From positions 431-64,430 of the forward strand of contig JAFGTC010000130.1 in assembly GCA_016934335.1 (NCBI GenBank): 64,000 bases of DNA, read 5' to 3'. Positions within the stretch are counted from its first letter, which is position 1; each line of letters opens with the position of its first letter. The notes beneath the pieces were generated by a model. The model was given only the letters and a program-made list of their open reading frames with translations, did not search any database and had not been told where the DNA came from. The DNA is from Candidatus Omnitrophota bacterium (lineage in GTDB: Bacteria > Hinthialibacterota > Hinthialibacteria > Hinthialibacterales > Hinthialibacteraceae). The translations under genes were made by a program, and so were the position numbers. Below are positions 38,865 to 46,840 of this stretch, piece by piece.

Positions 38865-40094
38865 TTGAAGATAAGCATCAGTAGCGATCGATCGTATCTA
38901 TTTTTTCTCGGCTTGCTGGCTACGGCGCCTCCCTTGGCGACGGATATGTACCTGCCCGCCATACCCGATATCGCTCAGTTTTGGAGCGTGAACGAAAGTC
39001 TGGTCAACCTTTCCCTGGTTCTCTGGTTTTTTAGTTTCAGCGTTTCGCTTCTTTTCTACGGTCCGCTGTCGGATCGATTCGGCCGCAAGCCCATTCTTCT
39101 TTATGGTTTGCTCCTATTCAGTCTCTCCAGTTTTCTTTGCGCCTTTTCTTCGAATATCTGGCAGCTGATTCTCTTTCGCATCCTGCAGGGAATGGGCGCT
39201 GCGTCGCCTTCGTCCATGTCGATGGCCATCTGCCGCGATCATTTTCAGGGGAAGCGCCGGCAGCAGATGTTCGCCTACATTGGAGTGGTTCTCGCTGTGA
39301 TGCCCATGCTCGCTCCTTCGATCGGCAGTTTTCTGTTGTCTTTTTTCTCGTGGCGATTTATTTTTGCCGCACAAGGATTCATCGTCCTTGTTTCTTTTCT
39401 TCTGTCTATTGTCTATCAAGAAACGGCGACCCGACTCCGAACCGGGAAAATCTTGTATGTGCTCGCTCGCTACAAAGGATTAGTCAAGAATCCGGAGTAT
39501 TTCTTATCGAACTCGCTCATGGGCGTCTTGACCGGCCCCTTTTACGCTTATATCGCCATTTCACCGATTATTTACATCAATATCTTTCAGCAATCCAAAA
39601 GCGCGTTCAGTCTTTTCTTTGGCTTGAACGCTCTTTTCTCGATGCTGGGGGCCTTGCTCTGCGCCCGGCTGGTTCGCCGGTATTCGTATAAACTATTGCT
39701 GCCGGTCGGCTTCGTCGGCTACATCGCCGGCAGCGTGATGATGCTTCTTTTGGGATCATTCAGCGCGTACCTGTTTTTTATCGCGATGATGACAATCTCA
39801 TTCTTCCTCGGATTAAGCCGCCCCATCAGCAATCATTTGGTATTGGATCAAGTCGATGAAGACATCGGCTCCGCTTCCTCTTTTCTGGTGTTTTATCAAA
39901 TGATGGTAGGGTCGATTTGCATGTTTTTTACGTCTCTGCCTTGGCCGCAGCCCATTTTGGCGTTTGGCCTTTTAGCGCTGATCACGCCTGTTTCCGTGCT
40001 GAGTCTTTGGCCGACGCTGTTACGTCGTCTCGAAAAGAAAGAGAAGCGCACTGCGGCCAATCTCGTTGAGGATCCGATTGAACAATACCCGTAA
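38865..40094 (+). CDS. Bcr/CflA family MFS efflux transporter
   Basis: TDMYLPA, GPLSDRFGRKP and FRILQGMG; about 12 TM segments; GAGGGAG RBS before TTG. Confidence 0.92.
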   Translation: MKISISSDRSYLFFLGLLATAPPLATDMYLPAIPDIAQFWSVNESLVNLSLVLWFFSFSVSLLFYGPLSDRFGRKPILLYGLLLFSLSSFLCAFSSNIWQLILFRILQGMGAASPSSMSMAICRDHFQGKRRQQMFAYIGVVLAVMPMLAPSIGSFLLSFFSWRFIFAAQGFIVLVSFLLSIVYQETATRLRTGKILYVLARYKGLVKNPEYFLSNSLMGVLTGPFYAYIAISPIIYINIFQQSKSAFSLFFGLNALFSMLGALLCARLVRRYSYKLLLPVGFVGYIAGSVMMLLLGSFSAYLFFIAMMTISFFLGLSRPISNHLVLDQVDEDIGSASSFLVFYQMMVGSICMFFTSLPWPQPILAFGLLALITPVSVLSLWPTLLRRLEKKEKRTAANLVEDPIEQYP

Positions 40095-40230
40095 AATGAA
40101 ATTCACTGAATTTCATCGGCTTCCATGATATTGAAAAAAATAAAATCACTGCTGTGAGATTAAATTTATTGATTCGGCGGGGAAGGGCTTTGTTTTTTCA
40201 GAAATCAGCCTATAATTTTCACACGATTCA

Positions 40231-40303
40231 GGGGTGCTAGCTCAGCTGGGAGAGCGCTACCTTCGCAAGGTAGAGGTCGTGGGTTCGATCCCCATGCACT
40301 CCA
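40231..40303 (+). tRNA. tRNA-Ala (anticodon CGC)
   Basis: Acceptor stem GGGGTGC/GCACTCC with the G3-U70 Ala identity pair; D arm GCTC/GAGC; anticodon arm CTACC-TTCGCAA-GGTAG; T arm GTGGG-TTCGATC-CCCAT. CCA is not encoded. TATAAT lies at 40211-40216. Confidence 0.97.
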
Positions 40304-40315
40304 CAAGAAAATCCT

Positions 40316-40344
40316 AACCCCTTGGCGCGCCAAGGGGTTTTCTT
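40316..40344 (+). terminator. Rho-independent terminator after tRNA-Ala
   Basis: Perfect 24-bp palindrome AACCCCTTGGCGCGCCAAGGGGTT (40316-40339) followed by TTCTT. Confidence 0.8.
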
Positions 40345-40420
40345 ATGAGCGGTTCAAAAGAAATCCCCGCTATGACAGCCGAGCGTTTCGGCTTTGTTGT
40401 GTTGAGTCGTCCCGCTGTCC

Positions 40421-40448
40421 TTGCCTGCCGTTTTCTCCCTCGTATAAT
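40421..40448 (+). promoter_or_regulatory. Sigma70-type promoter of the cobalamin riboswitch operon
   Basis: TTGCCT (40421-40426), 16-nt spacer, TATAAT (40443-40448), immediately before the riboswitch. Confidence 0.65.
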
Positions 40449-40454
40449 GTACGT

Positions 40455-40632
40455 AGACATACCTGGTGCGGTCATCGCTTTCCATGCGATGAAGAAGGGA
40501 AGCCGGTGCGATTCCGGCGCGGTCCCGCCACTGTAATCGGTCATGCCTCGCCATGCGCTATACCCACTGTCTTCACGATTCGAAGATGGGAAGGGGGCGG
40601 GGATGACGGCCGTAAGTCAGGAAACCTGCCCG
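40455..40632 (+). ncRNA. Cobalamin (B12) riboswitch aptamer
   Basis: Conserved elements appear in order: GGTGC, hairpin CATCGC/GCGATG, AAGGGAA-GCCGGTGCGATTCCGGC, GCGGTCCCGCCACTGTAA, CCACTG...GGGAAGG and the B12 box AAGTCAGGAAACCTGCC (40614-40630). Confidence 0.95.
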
Positions 40633-40691
40633 CCAAGGTTTGTCACCTCTTCGGGGATTGAGAGCGTGGCATGTGTTTGATGAGGATTGTC

Positions 40692-40728
40692 AAACGCCCC
40701 GTCCTTTGAGAAGAGCGGGGCGTTTTTT
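40692..40728 (+). terminator. Intrinsic terminator (attenuator) in the riboswitch expression platform
   Basis: AAACGCCCCG...CGGGGCGTTTTTT lies between the aptamer and the first start codon. Confidence 0.8.
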
Positions 40729-40803
40729 CGTCTCCGGCCCTTCTCTATGGAAGGGCCCTCCGTTTCTTCATGCCCCGTCATCTTGTATAGGAGTGTATAA
40801 AAC

Positions 40804-41640
40804 ATGAAATGGAAAATCGGATTGGTTTTGGGATTGTATCTGGGGGCGTCGACAGGATGGACGGCCAACAAAGCCGGCGTCGTCATCCAAAATTCCACCG
40901 GCGAAGTGATTACGCGCTGCGTTGAATTTGAGGAAGAATTCGTCACTGTCGAAGATTTGCTCGCTCAATCGGGCTTCGCTATGATTACGGAGGATACGGC
41001 CTGGGGCGCTCAATTGCATTATCTGCACGATGACGGCGTTCCCTTCGGCGTAACGCATTCGCAGGGATGGTTTTGGAATTTCTTCCTGCGCGAGGATGAT
41101 CAGTGGATCTCCGCGCCGGTTGGAATCTCTTCGGCAACGGCCGTTGACGGTTCGCTCTTTGGCTTCGGCTTCGGCGCCTGGGGCGAAGTAGAACTGCCGC
41201 AGCGCACTTATGCTGATGTTTGCGAAGTTACGAATCAAGCGGCTTTGGTCATCGATCACAGCAATGGGGCGCGAATTGTGCAGGTTGTGGAATTTTACGG
41301 CGAAACTATCACAGGCTTGCAGCTGCTCTTAAAATCGAATCTGGATGTCGTTTCCAAAGAAACCTTCTATGGAACAGCAGTCTGTGCTATCGACGGTGAA
41401 GGCCAGCCCGCCGATGATTGCTTCGGCGACGCTGAGGGACGCTATTGGGGATTGAATATTCTCGATTCGAATAACGCCTGGGCCGTCTCCATTGAAGGCG
41501 CCGGCGATTTGATTGTTCGCCGCCATGATGTTCATGGGTACATCTTCGGTTTGTGGGGCGTCATTCAACCTCCCATCGATCGCAGCGATATTTTCGAGAT
41601 CCCCTCCGGCATCCCCTTCTGGGGTTCTTATTGGAACTAA
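40804..41640 (+). CDS. Secreted protein with two tandem transcobalamin-beta/DUF4430-like domains; probable cobalamin-binding protein
   Basis: AGGAG RBS; 21-aa signal peptide; internal duplication (NKAGVVIQNSTG...CVEF vs NQAALVIDHSNG...VVEF); WG/YG, (F/Y)W and G(I/A) pattern; first gene after the B12 riboswitch. Confidence 0.7.
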   Translation: MKWKIGLVLGLYLGASTGWTANKAGVVIQNSTGEVITRCVEFEEEFVTVEDLLAQSGFAMITEDTAWGAQLHYLHDDGVPFGVTHSQGWFWNFFLREDDQWISAPVGISSATAVDGSLFGFGFGAWGEVELPQRTYADVCEVTNQAALVIDHSNGARIVQVVEFYGETITGLQLLLKSNLDVVSKETFYGTAVCAIDGEGQPADDCFGDAEGRYWGLNILDSNNAWAVSIEGAGDLIVRRHDVHGYIFGLWGVIQPPIDRSDIFEIPSGIPFWGSYWN

Positions 41641-41658
41641 TTTTCGGATGATGACAGA

Positions 41659-43032
41659 ATGAAATCTTTTGAGTATTTACGTTTCACTTTGAGTTCAATG
41701 GTTCGTTGTTCAAACGGCGGGCTGGGCTTCGCTTTTAGCCCAACCTGCCAGATTTTACTATTATCTTTAGTATTGCTTGCTCCTCCGATTTGCGCGGTTG
41801 AATTTGATGAGCCGTTTCTGATTTATCAGGGCGGGGAAGAGATTCAGTTCTCCTATAATACCAGCGGAGCGATGGCCGTCGATTCTAAGGGGAGGATTCA
41901 TCTCGTATATTTTATCGCCGACGCCGGCGGCAGTCTCCCTGACAATCGAATTCTCTATCAAACAATCGCGGACGGGAGCGTCTCGTCTCCCGCCCGCGTC
42001 GACAGCGGGGATCAAGGCGGGGGAAGACATCCCACCCTGGCCGTCGATTCGCAGGACGCCGTTCATATCGCATGGCAGGATTATCGCCATACGACTGCGC
42101 CGGGAAATTACATCGATAATCTCGAAATCTACTATGACAAAAAGACTCCCGGAGGCTCATTTTCCATAGACGATGTTCGCATCACCAATACCAGCGCCGG
42201 CCACATGGGAGACAGCGGCTATGTTCCCAATATCGATATCGGCGCCGATGATCGCATCGAAATTGCCTGGTACGATTTCACGGCGAACGGAAATAACGCC
42301 GACGTCTACTTGCGAAGAAGCACAGGCCAAGGCGCCTTTCCTCTTCAAGAGGGCATTGAATCGTTTCGAATCACCGACGCGTTGAGCGATCCAACAAACT
42401 ATACCGCCAATTGGATGCCGGACGTCGCCGCCCTCGCGGACGGTTCTTCTTATGTGATTTGGGGATTCCTCGAAGGCTGGCAGGGCTCTTTCCAACTTCA
42501 GGGCCGCTCTATCCTTTCAGACGGCGGCTTGGGCCCCGTCGAAAAAATTGCGGATCAAGGAGGGCGCTTTCTCGATCCTCCTCGGTTGGCTTCGGATCGC
42601 GACGGCAATCTTGGATTGGCTTCCTCTGAATTTGTGGATGGCTTCTACCAGGTGAATTTTTATTACAAGCCCAAAGCGAGCGACTGGATCGGGCCGATTC
42701 GCGCGAACGACGGTTCTTTAAGTTCCTCTCAGCCCTCTCTCGCCTTCGATTCGTCCGGAATTGCTCATGTCGTCTGGCAGGAGGATTTAAGCGGGATGTA
42801 TCAGGCCATGCTGGCATCCATCGATCCGCAAACGTTCGCCGTCAATGACCGCCGGATTTTGAGCAGTGAAGATCGCGATGCGCGCACGCCCGCCATCGCC
42901 GTCGATCCCCGAACCGATCAAATTTATGTTGTCTGGATCGAATTTGGCTGGGACGGCGATCGCTCCATCGTCGGCCGGAGCGAAGCGGCGACGGGTGTTA
43001 CAGATTGGAAAATGTATGTCTCAAATAAATAA
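41659..43032 (+). CDS. Secreted acidic beta-repeat (BNR/propeller-like) protein
   Basis: Signal-like ILLLSLVLLAPPICA. A P-x-(L/I)A-(V/F)D-x-x-(G/D)-x-x-H-(I/V)-x-W unit recurs (AVDSKGRIHLVY, PTLAVDSQDAVHIAW, PSLAFDSSGIAHVVW, PAIAVDPRTDQIYVVW). Confidence 0.75.
   Translation: MKSFEYLRFTLSSMVRCSNGGLGFAFSPTCQILLLSLVLLAPPICAVEFDEPFLIYQGGEEIQFSYNTSGAMAVDSKGRIHLVYFIADAGGSLPDNRILYQTIADGSVSSPARVDSGDQGGGRHPTLAVDSQDAVHIAWQDYRHTTAPGNYIDNLEIYYDKKTPGGSFSIDDVRITNTSAGHMGDSGYVPNIDIGADDRIEIAWYDFTANGNNADVYLRRSTGQGAFPLQEGIESFRITDALSDPTNYTANWMPDVAALADGSSYVIWGFLEGWQGSFQLQGRSILSDGGLGPVEKIADQGGRFLDPPRLASDRDGNLGLASSEFVDGFYQVNFYYKPKASDWIGPIRANDGSLSSSQPSLAFDSSGIAHVVWQEDLSGMYQAMLASIDPQTFAVNDRRILSSEDRDARTPAIAVDPRTDQIYVVWIEFGWDGDRSIVGRSEAATGVTDWKMYVSNK
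41715..41750. repeat. 36-bp palindromic repeat, copy 1
   Basis: CGGCGGGCTGGGCTTCGCTTTTAGCCCAACCTGCCA; 13-bp imperfect stem; 31/36 identical to 43054-43089. Confidence 0.85.
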
Positions 43033-43768
43033 GATCAAAGCGGATGATGGAAGCGGCGGGCGGCGCTTCGCTTTTAATCCATCCTGCCAAGGACGGTCAG
43101 GATTTACTTTGATAGAACTGCTGGCGGCTGTCAGCGTCATCAGCATACTCGCCGCGATACTCGGCGCGAACTATATTCACGCCGTTCACCGCGCCGATGC
43201 GGCCGCCTGCCAGCAAAATTTGCGAACCGTATTTACCGCTTTGCAATCCTATCGTTTGGATTACAACCATTTCCCCCCGGCGGACGGCGTCGCCGACGCT
43301 CAAGCCCGGCCGGATCACACGGAATATGGCTGCGGGCCGGCCGCCAATGGATTTTGGAGCGGCGTATCTCTGTTATTGGCCAAATATCATTTCTGTTCCG
43401 AAGAAAGCCTCTACTGTCCGGCTCTCAAGCGGCGCTATCAAAATTCCATTGAGGCCTGGCCCGGCTGCCGCGATACGCAATTCGCCGGCCGGCAGGCGCC
43501 GCAATGGCGATTCCTTCGATTCGCTTACAACAACGCCGCCGCCGACGCCGGCGGGTACAGCGGAGGCGAACACAACATCGATGCGATAATCGACGACGAT
43601 GTCTGGCTTGTTCGATGCCTGCATGTCGACGTCAGTCAATTCGACCCGGCCCGCGCCATCCCTTTTCCTTTCGAGATCGAACCGGACGAAGATCATCCCG
43701 GCAAGACCGGCCGGGGCGAATACGAACTCACTCTCCATGGCAGCATTCGCATGCGTCGCGTGAATTGA
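43016..43768 (+). CDS. Type IV pilin/pseudopilin-like protein (prepilin N-terminal cleavage/methylation motif)
   Basis: RSG|FTLIELLAAVSVISILAAIL with E at +5, then CQQNLRTV...Y.LDYNHFP and LYCP. ATG 43016 overlaps the upstream gene; the ORF-track start at 42866 is unlikely. Confidence 0.88.
   Translation: MSQINKIKADDGSGGRRFAFNPSCQGRSGFTLIELLAAVSVISILAAILGANYIHAVHRADAAACQQNLRTVFTALQSYRLDYNHFPPADGVADAQARPDHTEYGCGPAANGFWSGVSLLLAKYHFCSEESLYCPALKRRYQNSIEAWPGCRDTQFAGRQAPQWRFLRFAYNNAAADAGGYSGGEHNIDAIIDDDVWLVRCLHVDVSQFDPARAIPFPFEIEPDEDHPGKTGRGEYELTLHGSIRMRRVN
43054..43089. repeat. 36-bp palindromic repeat, copy 2 (more degenerate)
   Basis: CGGCGGGCGGCGCTTCGCTTTTAATCCATCCTGCCA. Confidence 0.85.
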
Positions 43769-44264
43769 CTTGAAATAGGCATACGGCTGGCTGTTTACGA
43801 TTTCCCGGCGGCTTCGCTTCGTTTCGAGGCAAACTTACATTTCAAAAAACTCAGCAAATTCATACGCCATTTATCATCATCATCCATGATGGCAATGGAT
43901 GCCATCATGAATTCATTTTCATCGATTCATATCCCAACCCATAGTCATATATAATTTCTGCAACTACCCGTCCAAAATCCGCATCCTTTCTCTATTCTTA
44001 TGTCTGAACATGATTTATGTTGAACGGCAGTGTATCATGAGTCGGTTATTTTGGCATAATCGGATCCATGAAGATAACTTGGGAGATTGCATCGAGCTTG
44101 AATACAATGGGAATGGATGCGGCAGAGGGATTATCTTCTTAGATCAACGGAGCGTCATGCTCTTTCCATCTGCGAATTGGCTGAATAGCGCTGCAATTGG
44201 ATGTAATGAAAAAGATGTGGAAGCGCGAAAAAAAGATATTTCAAGATATCTGGAGAAGGGAATC

Positions 44265-46745
44265 ATGTTCTCATATAAAAACAAGCGAGTTGTGATTAAC
44301 GTATTATTTGTGTTTGCTTTTCTTATAACGCCGGGATGCTCTTCCGCTTTCGATTCCTTCGAACGCGCCAAACTCCATCCCATCGCCGCCAACCACGCTT
44401 GCGTGGATTTCTTCGAAGGCGCGCTGCTCGGCAACGGCGGCATGGGTGCGGTCGTAACTACCCGCCCCGACGCCGTTGTGATCTACTTCGGCCACAACAA
44501 TGTGTGGGATATCCGCGTCGCCGAAGACAATCAAGAGAAGATCGGAACGTTCCAAGAAATCTTTGAAAAAGTGAAGGCTATTTCCGAAGAGTTGCCTTCG
44601 CTCAACGACGATCCATGGTACAACCAATATCGAACCATGACGCGCGAGAATTATGCGAAGCCCTACCCGCGCCCATTTCCCTGCGGATCGGTGCTGCTCG
44701 GGTTCGATCGCCGCGAGGTCAGGCTGCTCGGCCATCGCCTGGATGTTTCGAACGGATTATGCGAAATCGCGCTGCGCGTCGGAGGCCGTCCTGCGACCTT
44801 GCAGGTGTTCGCCGATATGACCGCCGACCGCTTGTGGTTTCAACTGATCGACGAATTCGGCGACTTGCTGCCTTCCTGCTTCGAACGCATTCGCCTGTTC
44901 GCCGATCCAAAGACCCCGGAAGAATTTCCCCGATACACAATCCCCGAATCCCTGCCGGACGATGCTCTCTCCTTCCGCCAAACTTTACCCGCTCTGGAGC
45001 CGGATGAATATGACAAAGAAAAAGGCGATCCCAACGACCGCGCCTTCCACCTGTCGATTCGCTTGAACGCCAAACTGGAGCGCGGTGAGCGCATCAACTG
45101 GGAGGGGCTGCCCCAAGCGATGGAAGCCATGGAGCGGGCTCTCTTGCCCCAGGAAGGCCTCGTTGGCTGCATTCAATTGGACGAAGGGCTTTCGGCCGAC
45201 ATCGATGAAGGATTGGGCGACGTTCCCAAACCCACCGGCTGGCGCTTCCATGAAGCCCGGCGTCAAAGCGATGAAATATGGAAAGCCTATTGGAACCGGT
45301 CCGGCGTCGCTTTGGAGGACGAGTTTCTGGAGCGCGTCTGGTATTGGAATCTCTACTTCATCAACTGCTCGGTGCGCGATGGAGTCACGTGTCCCGGATT
45401 GTTCGCCAATTGGAGTCTTGGCGACATCGGGACAGCCTGGCACGGCGATTACCACATGAACTACAACACCCAGCAGCCCTTCTGGGCGACATTTTCCAGC
45501 AATCACGTGGAAAAGAATCTTCCATATGTTGATTTGGTAGACCATCTGCTGCCCGTCAGCCGAAAATGGGCCAAGGATTATTACGGTCTGAGAGGGTCGT
45601 ATTTTCCTCATTCCGCTTATCCAACCCAAATGAACATGATGCCCTATCCCGTCCCCACTTGGGGCTGGGAAATCTGCGAGACGCCCTGGACGGTGCAGGG
45701 GCTCTGGTGGCACTACCTCTATACGATGGACGAATCCTTCCTGCGCGAACGCGCCTTCACTCCCATCCGGGAGGCGGTTCTGTTTCTTGTCGATTACATG
45801 AAACGGCCCGAAGCGCGCGGCGAACGCTGGGGCGACGACAAATATCATATCTTTCCCACCGTCCCGCCGGAGTTGTACGGGCTCAAACCGGGATTTCAAT
45901 ATAATTACGACTGCCTGGTCGATCTGACGCTGACTAAATTTATATTCAAAGCCTATCTCCAGGCTGTCGATGTTCTGAATCAGGACGACGCAGAATTAGT
46001 CAGCGACGTCAATGAAATTCTGGAACATTTTCCCGATTACCCCACCGCCGAATCGAAGCGGGGAGCCGTTTTCGTCTCTGTGCCGGGCGAGCGCTCCGAC
46101 GTCGTTTACAACGTCCCCAATTCGTTGATGACCGTCTTTCCCGGAGAAGAACATGGGCTCCATTCTCCTGCGGAAATATACGACATGCTCAAAGTCACCT
46201 ATCGCAATACCCGCATTGAAGGCGGAAACGAACTGGTGTTTCTCAACCTTCAGGCGGCTCGAATCGGCCTTCTCGATCTGGAGGAATTTAAACGGCAAAT
46301 CCGCTACTGCATGCTGCCTAATGGTTCTTGCACGGATATGGTGTTGCAGGTGCACGGGCGCTACAACGATTACACAAACTACGCTTTCATGGAGCGTATG
46401 GGGATCTGGTTCGAAAATTTCGCTCTGCCGGTCGTGATAAATGAATGCCTGATGCAGAGTTACAACGGAGTCATCCGTCTATTCCCCAATTGGCCCGAAG
46501 AGAAAGACGCCCGTTTTTATTCTCTGCGCGCCGCCGGGGCCTTTTTGGTCAGCGCCGAATATGAAGGCGGCGCCGTCCAGGGAATTGAGATCGAAAGCGA
46601 AGCCGGCGCTCCTCTCCGCCTGATCAATCCCTGGCCTCAAGGCGCTAGAATCGTCGTCGGCCAGAGAGAAGCCATAGCGACTGGAGAAATCATGGAACAA
46701 AAAACAGAAGCGGGAGAGACGATAAGAATAACGCCGTTCAAGTAA
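44265..46745 (+). CDS. GH95-like glycoside hydrolase (alpha-L-fucosidase-like), exported
   Basis: LLGNGGMGA, WHGDYHMNYNTQQPFW, ECLMQS, IRLFPNWP and LRAAGAFLVSA. GGAGAAGG RBS before ATG 44265, followed by a signal peptide. Confidence 0.82.
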   Translation: MFSYKNKRVVINVLFVFAFLITPGCSSAFDSFERAKLHPIAANHACVDFFEGALLGNGGMGAVVTTRPDAVVIYFGHNNVWDIRVAEDNQEKIGTFQEIFEKVKAISEELPSLNDDPWYNQYRTMTRENYAKPYPRPFPCGSVLLGFDRREVRLLGHRLDVSNGLCEIALRVGGRPATLQVFADMTADRLWFQLIDEFGDLLPSCFERIRLFADPKTPEEFPRYTIPESLPDDALSFRQTLPALEPDEYDKEKGDPNDRAFHLSIRLNAKLERGERINWEGLPQAMEAMERALLPQEGLVGCIQLDEGLSADIDEGLGDVPKPTGWRFHEARRQSDEIWKAYWNRSGVALEDEFLERVWYWNLYFINCSVRDGVTCPGLFANWSLGDIGTAWHGDYHMNYNTQQPFWATFSSNHVEKNLPYVDLVDHLLPVSRKWAKDYYGLRGSYFPHSAYPTQMNMMPYPVPTWGWEICETPWTVQGLWWHYLYTMDESFLRERAFTPIREAVLFLVDYMKRPEARGERWGDDKYHIFPTVPPELYGLKPGFQYNYDCLVDLTLTKFIFKAYLQAVDVLNQDDAELVSDVNEILEHFPDYPTAESKRGAVFVSVPGERSDVVYNVPNSLMTVFPGEEHGLHSPAEIYDMLKVTYRNTRIEGGNELVFLNLQAARIGLLDLEEFKRQIRYCMLPNGSCTDMVLQVHGRYNDYTNYAFMERMGIWFENFALPVVINECLMQSYNGVIRLFPNWPEEKDARFYSLRAAGAFLVSAEYEGGAVQGIEIESEAGAPLRLINPWPQGARIVVGQREAIATGEIMEQKTEAGETIRITPFK

Positions 46746-46840
46746 TGGAATATTCATCACAGCATGAGGCGATAAGAAATTCTTTGCGGATAAGGATGAA
46801 GTTGGAGCGGGTGATCAGCATGTAAGCATAGGAGGAAGCG

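Noticed and set aside
40314-40554. Small ORFs overlapping the riboswitch
   Set aside because: The region is fully explained by the terminator, promoter and cobalamin aptamer.
40231-43768. Genomic island integrated at tRNA-Ala
   Set aside because: There is no integrase and I noticed no duplicate of the tRNA 3' end; the tRNA is followed directly by its terminator.
44010-44264. 85-codon N-terminal extension of the GH95-like ORF
   Set aside because: The RBS and signal peptide point to ATG 44265; the extension looks like promoter DNA.
44985-45899. 304-aa minus-strand ORF
   Set aside because: Antisense shadow of the GH95-like gene.
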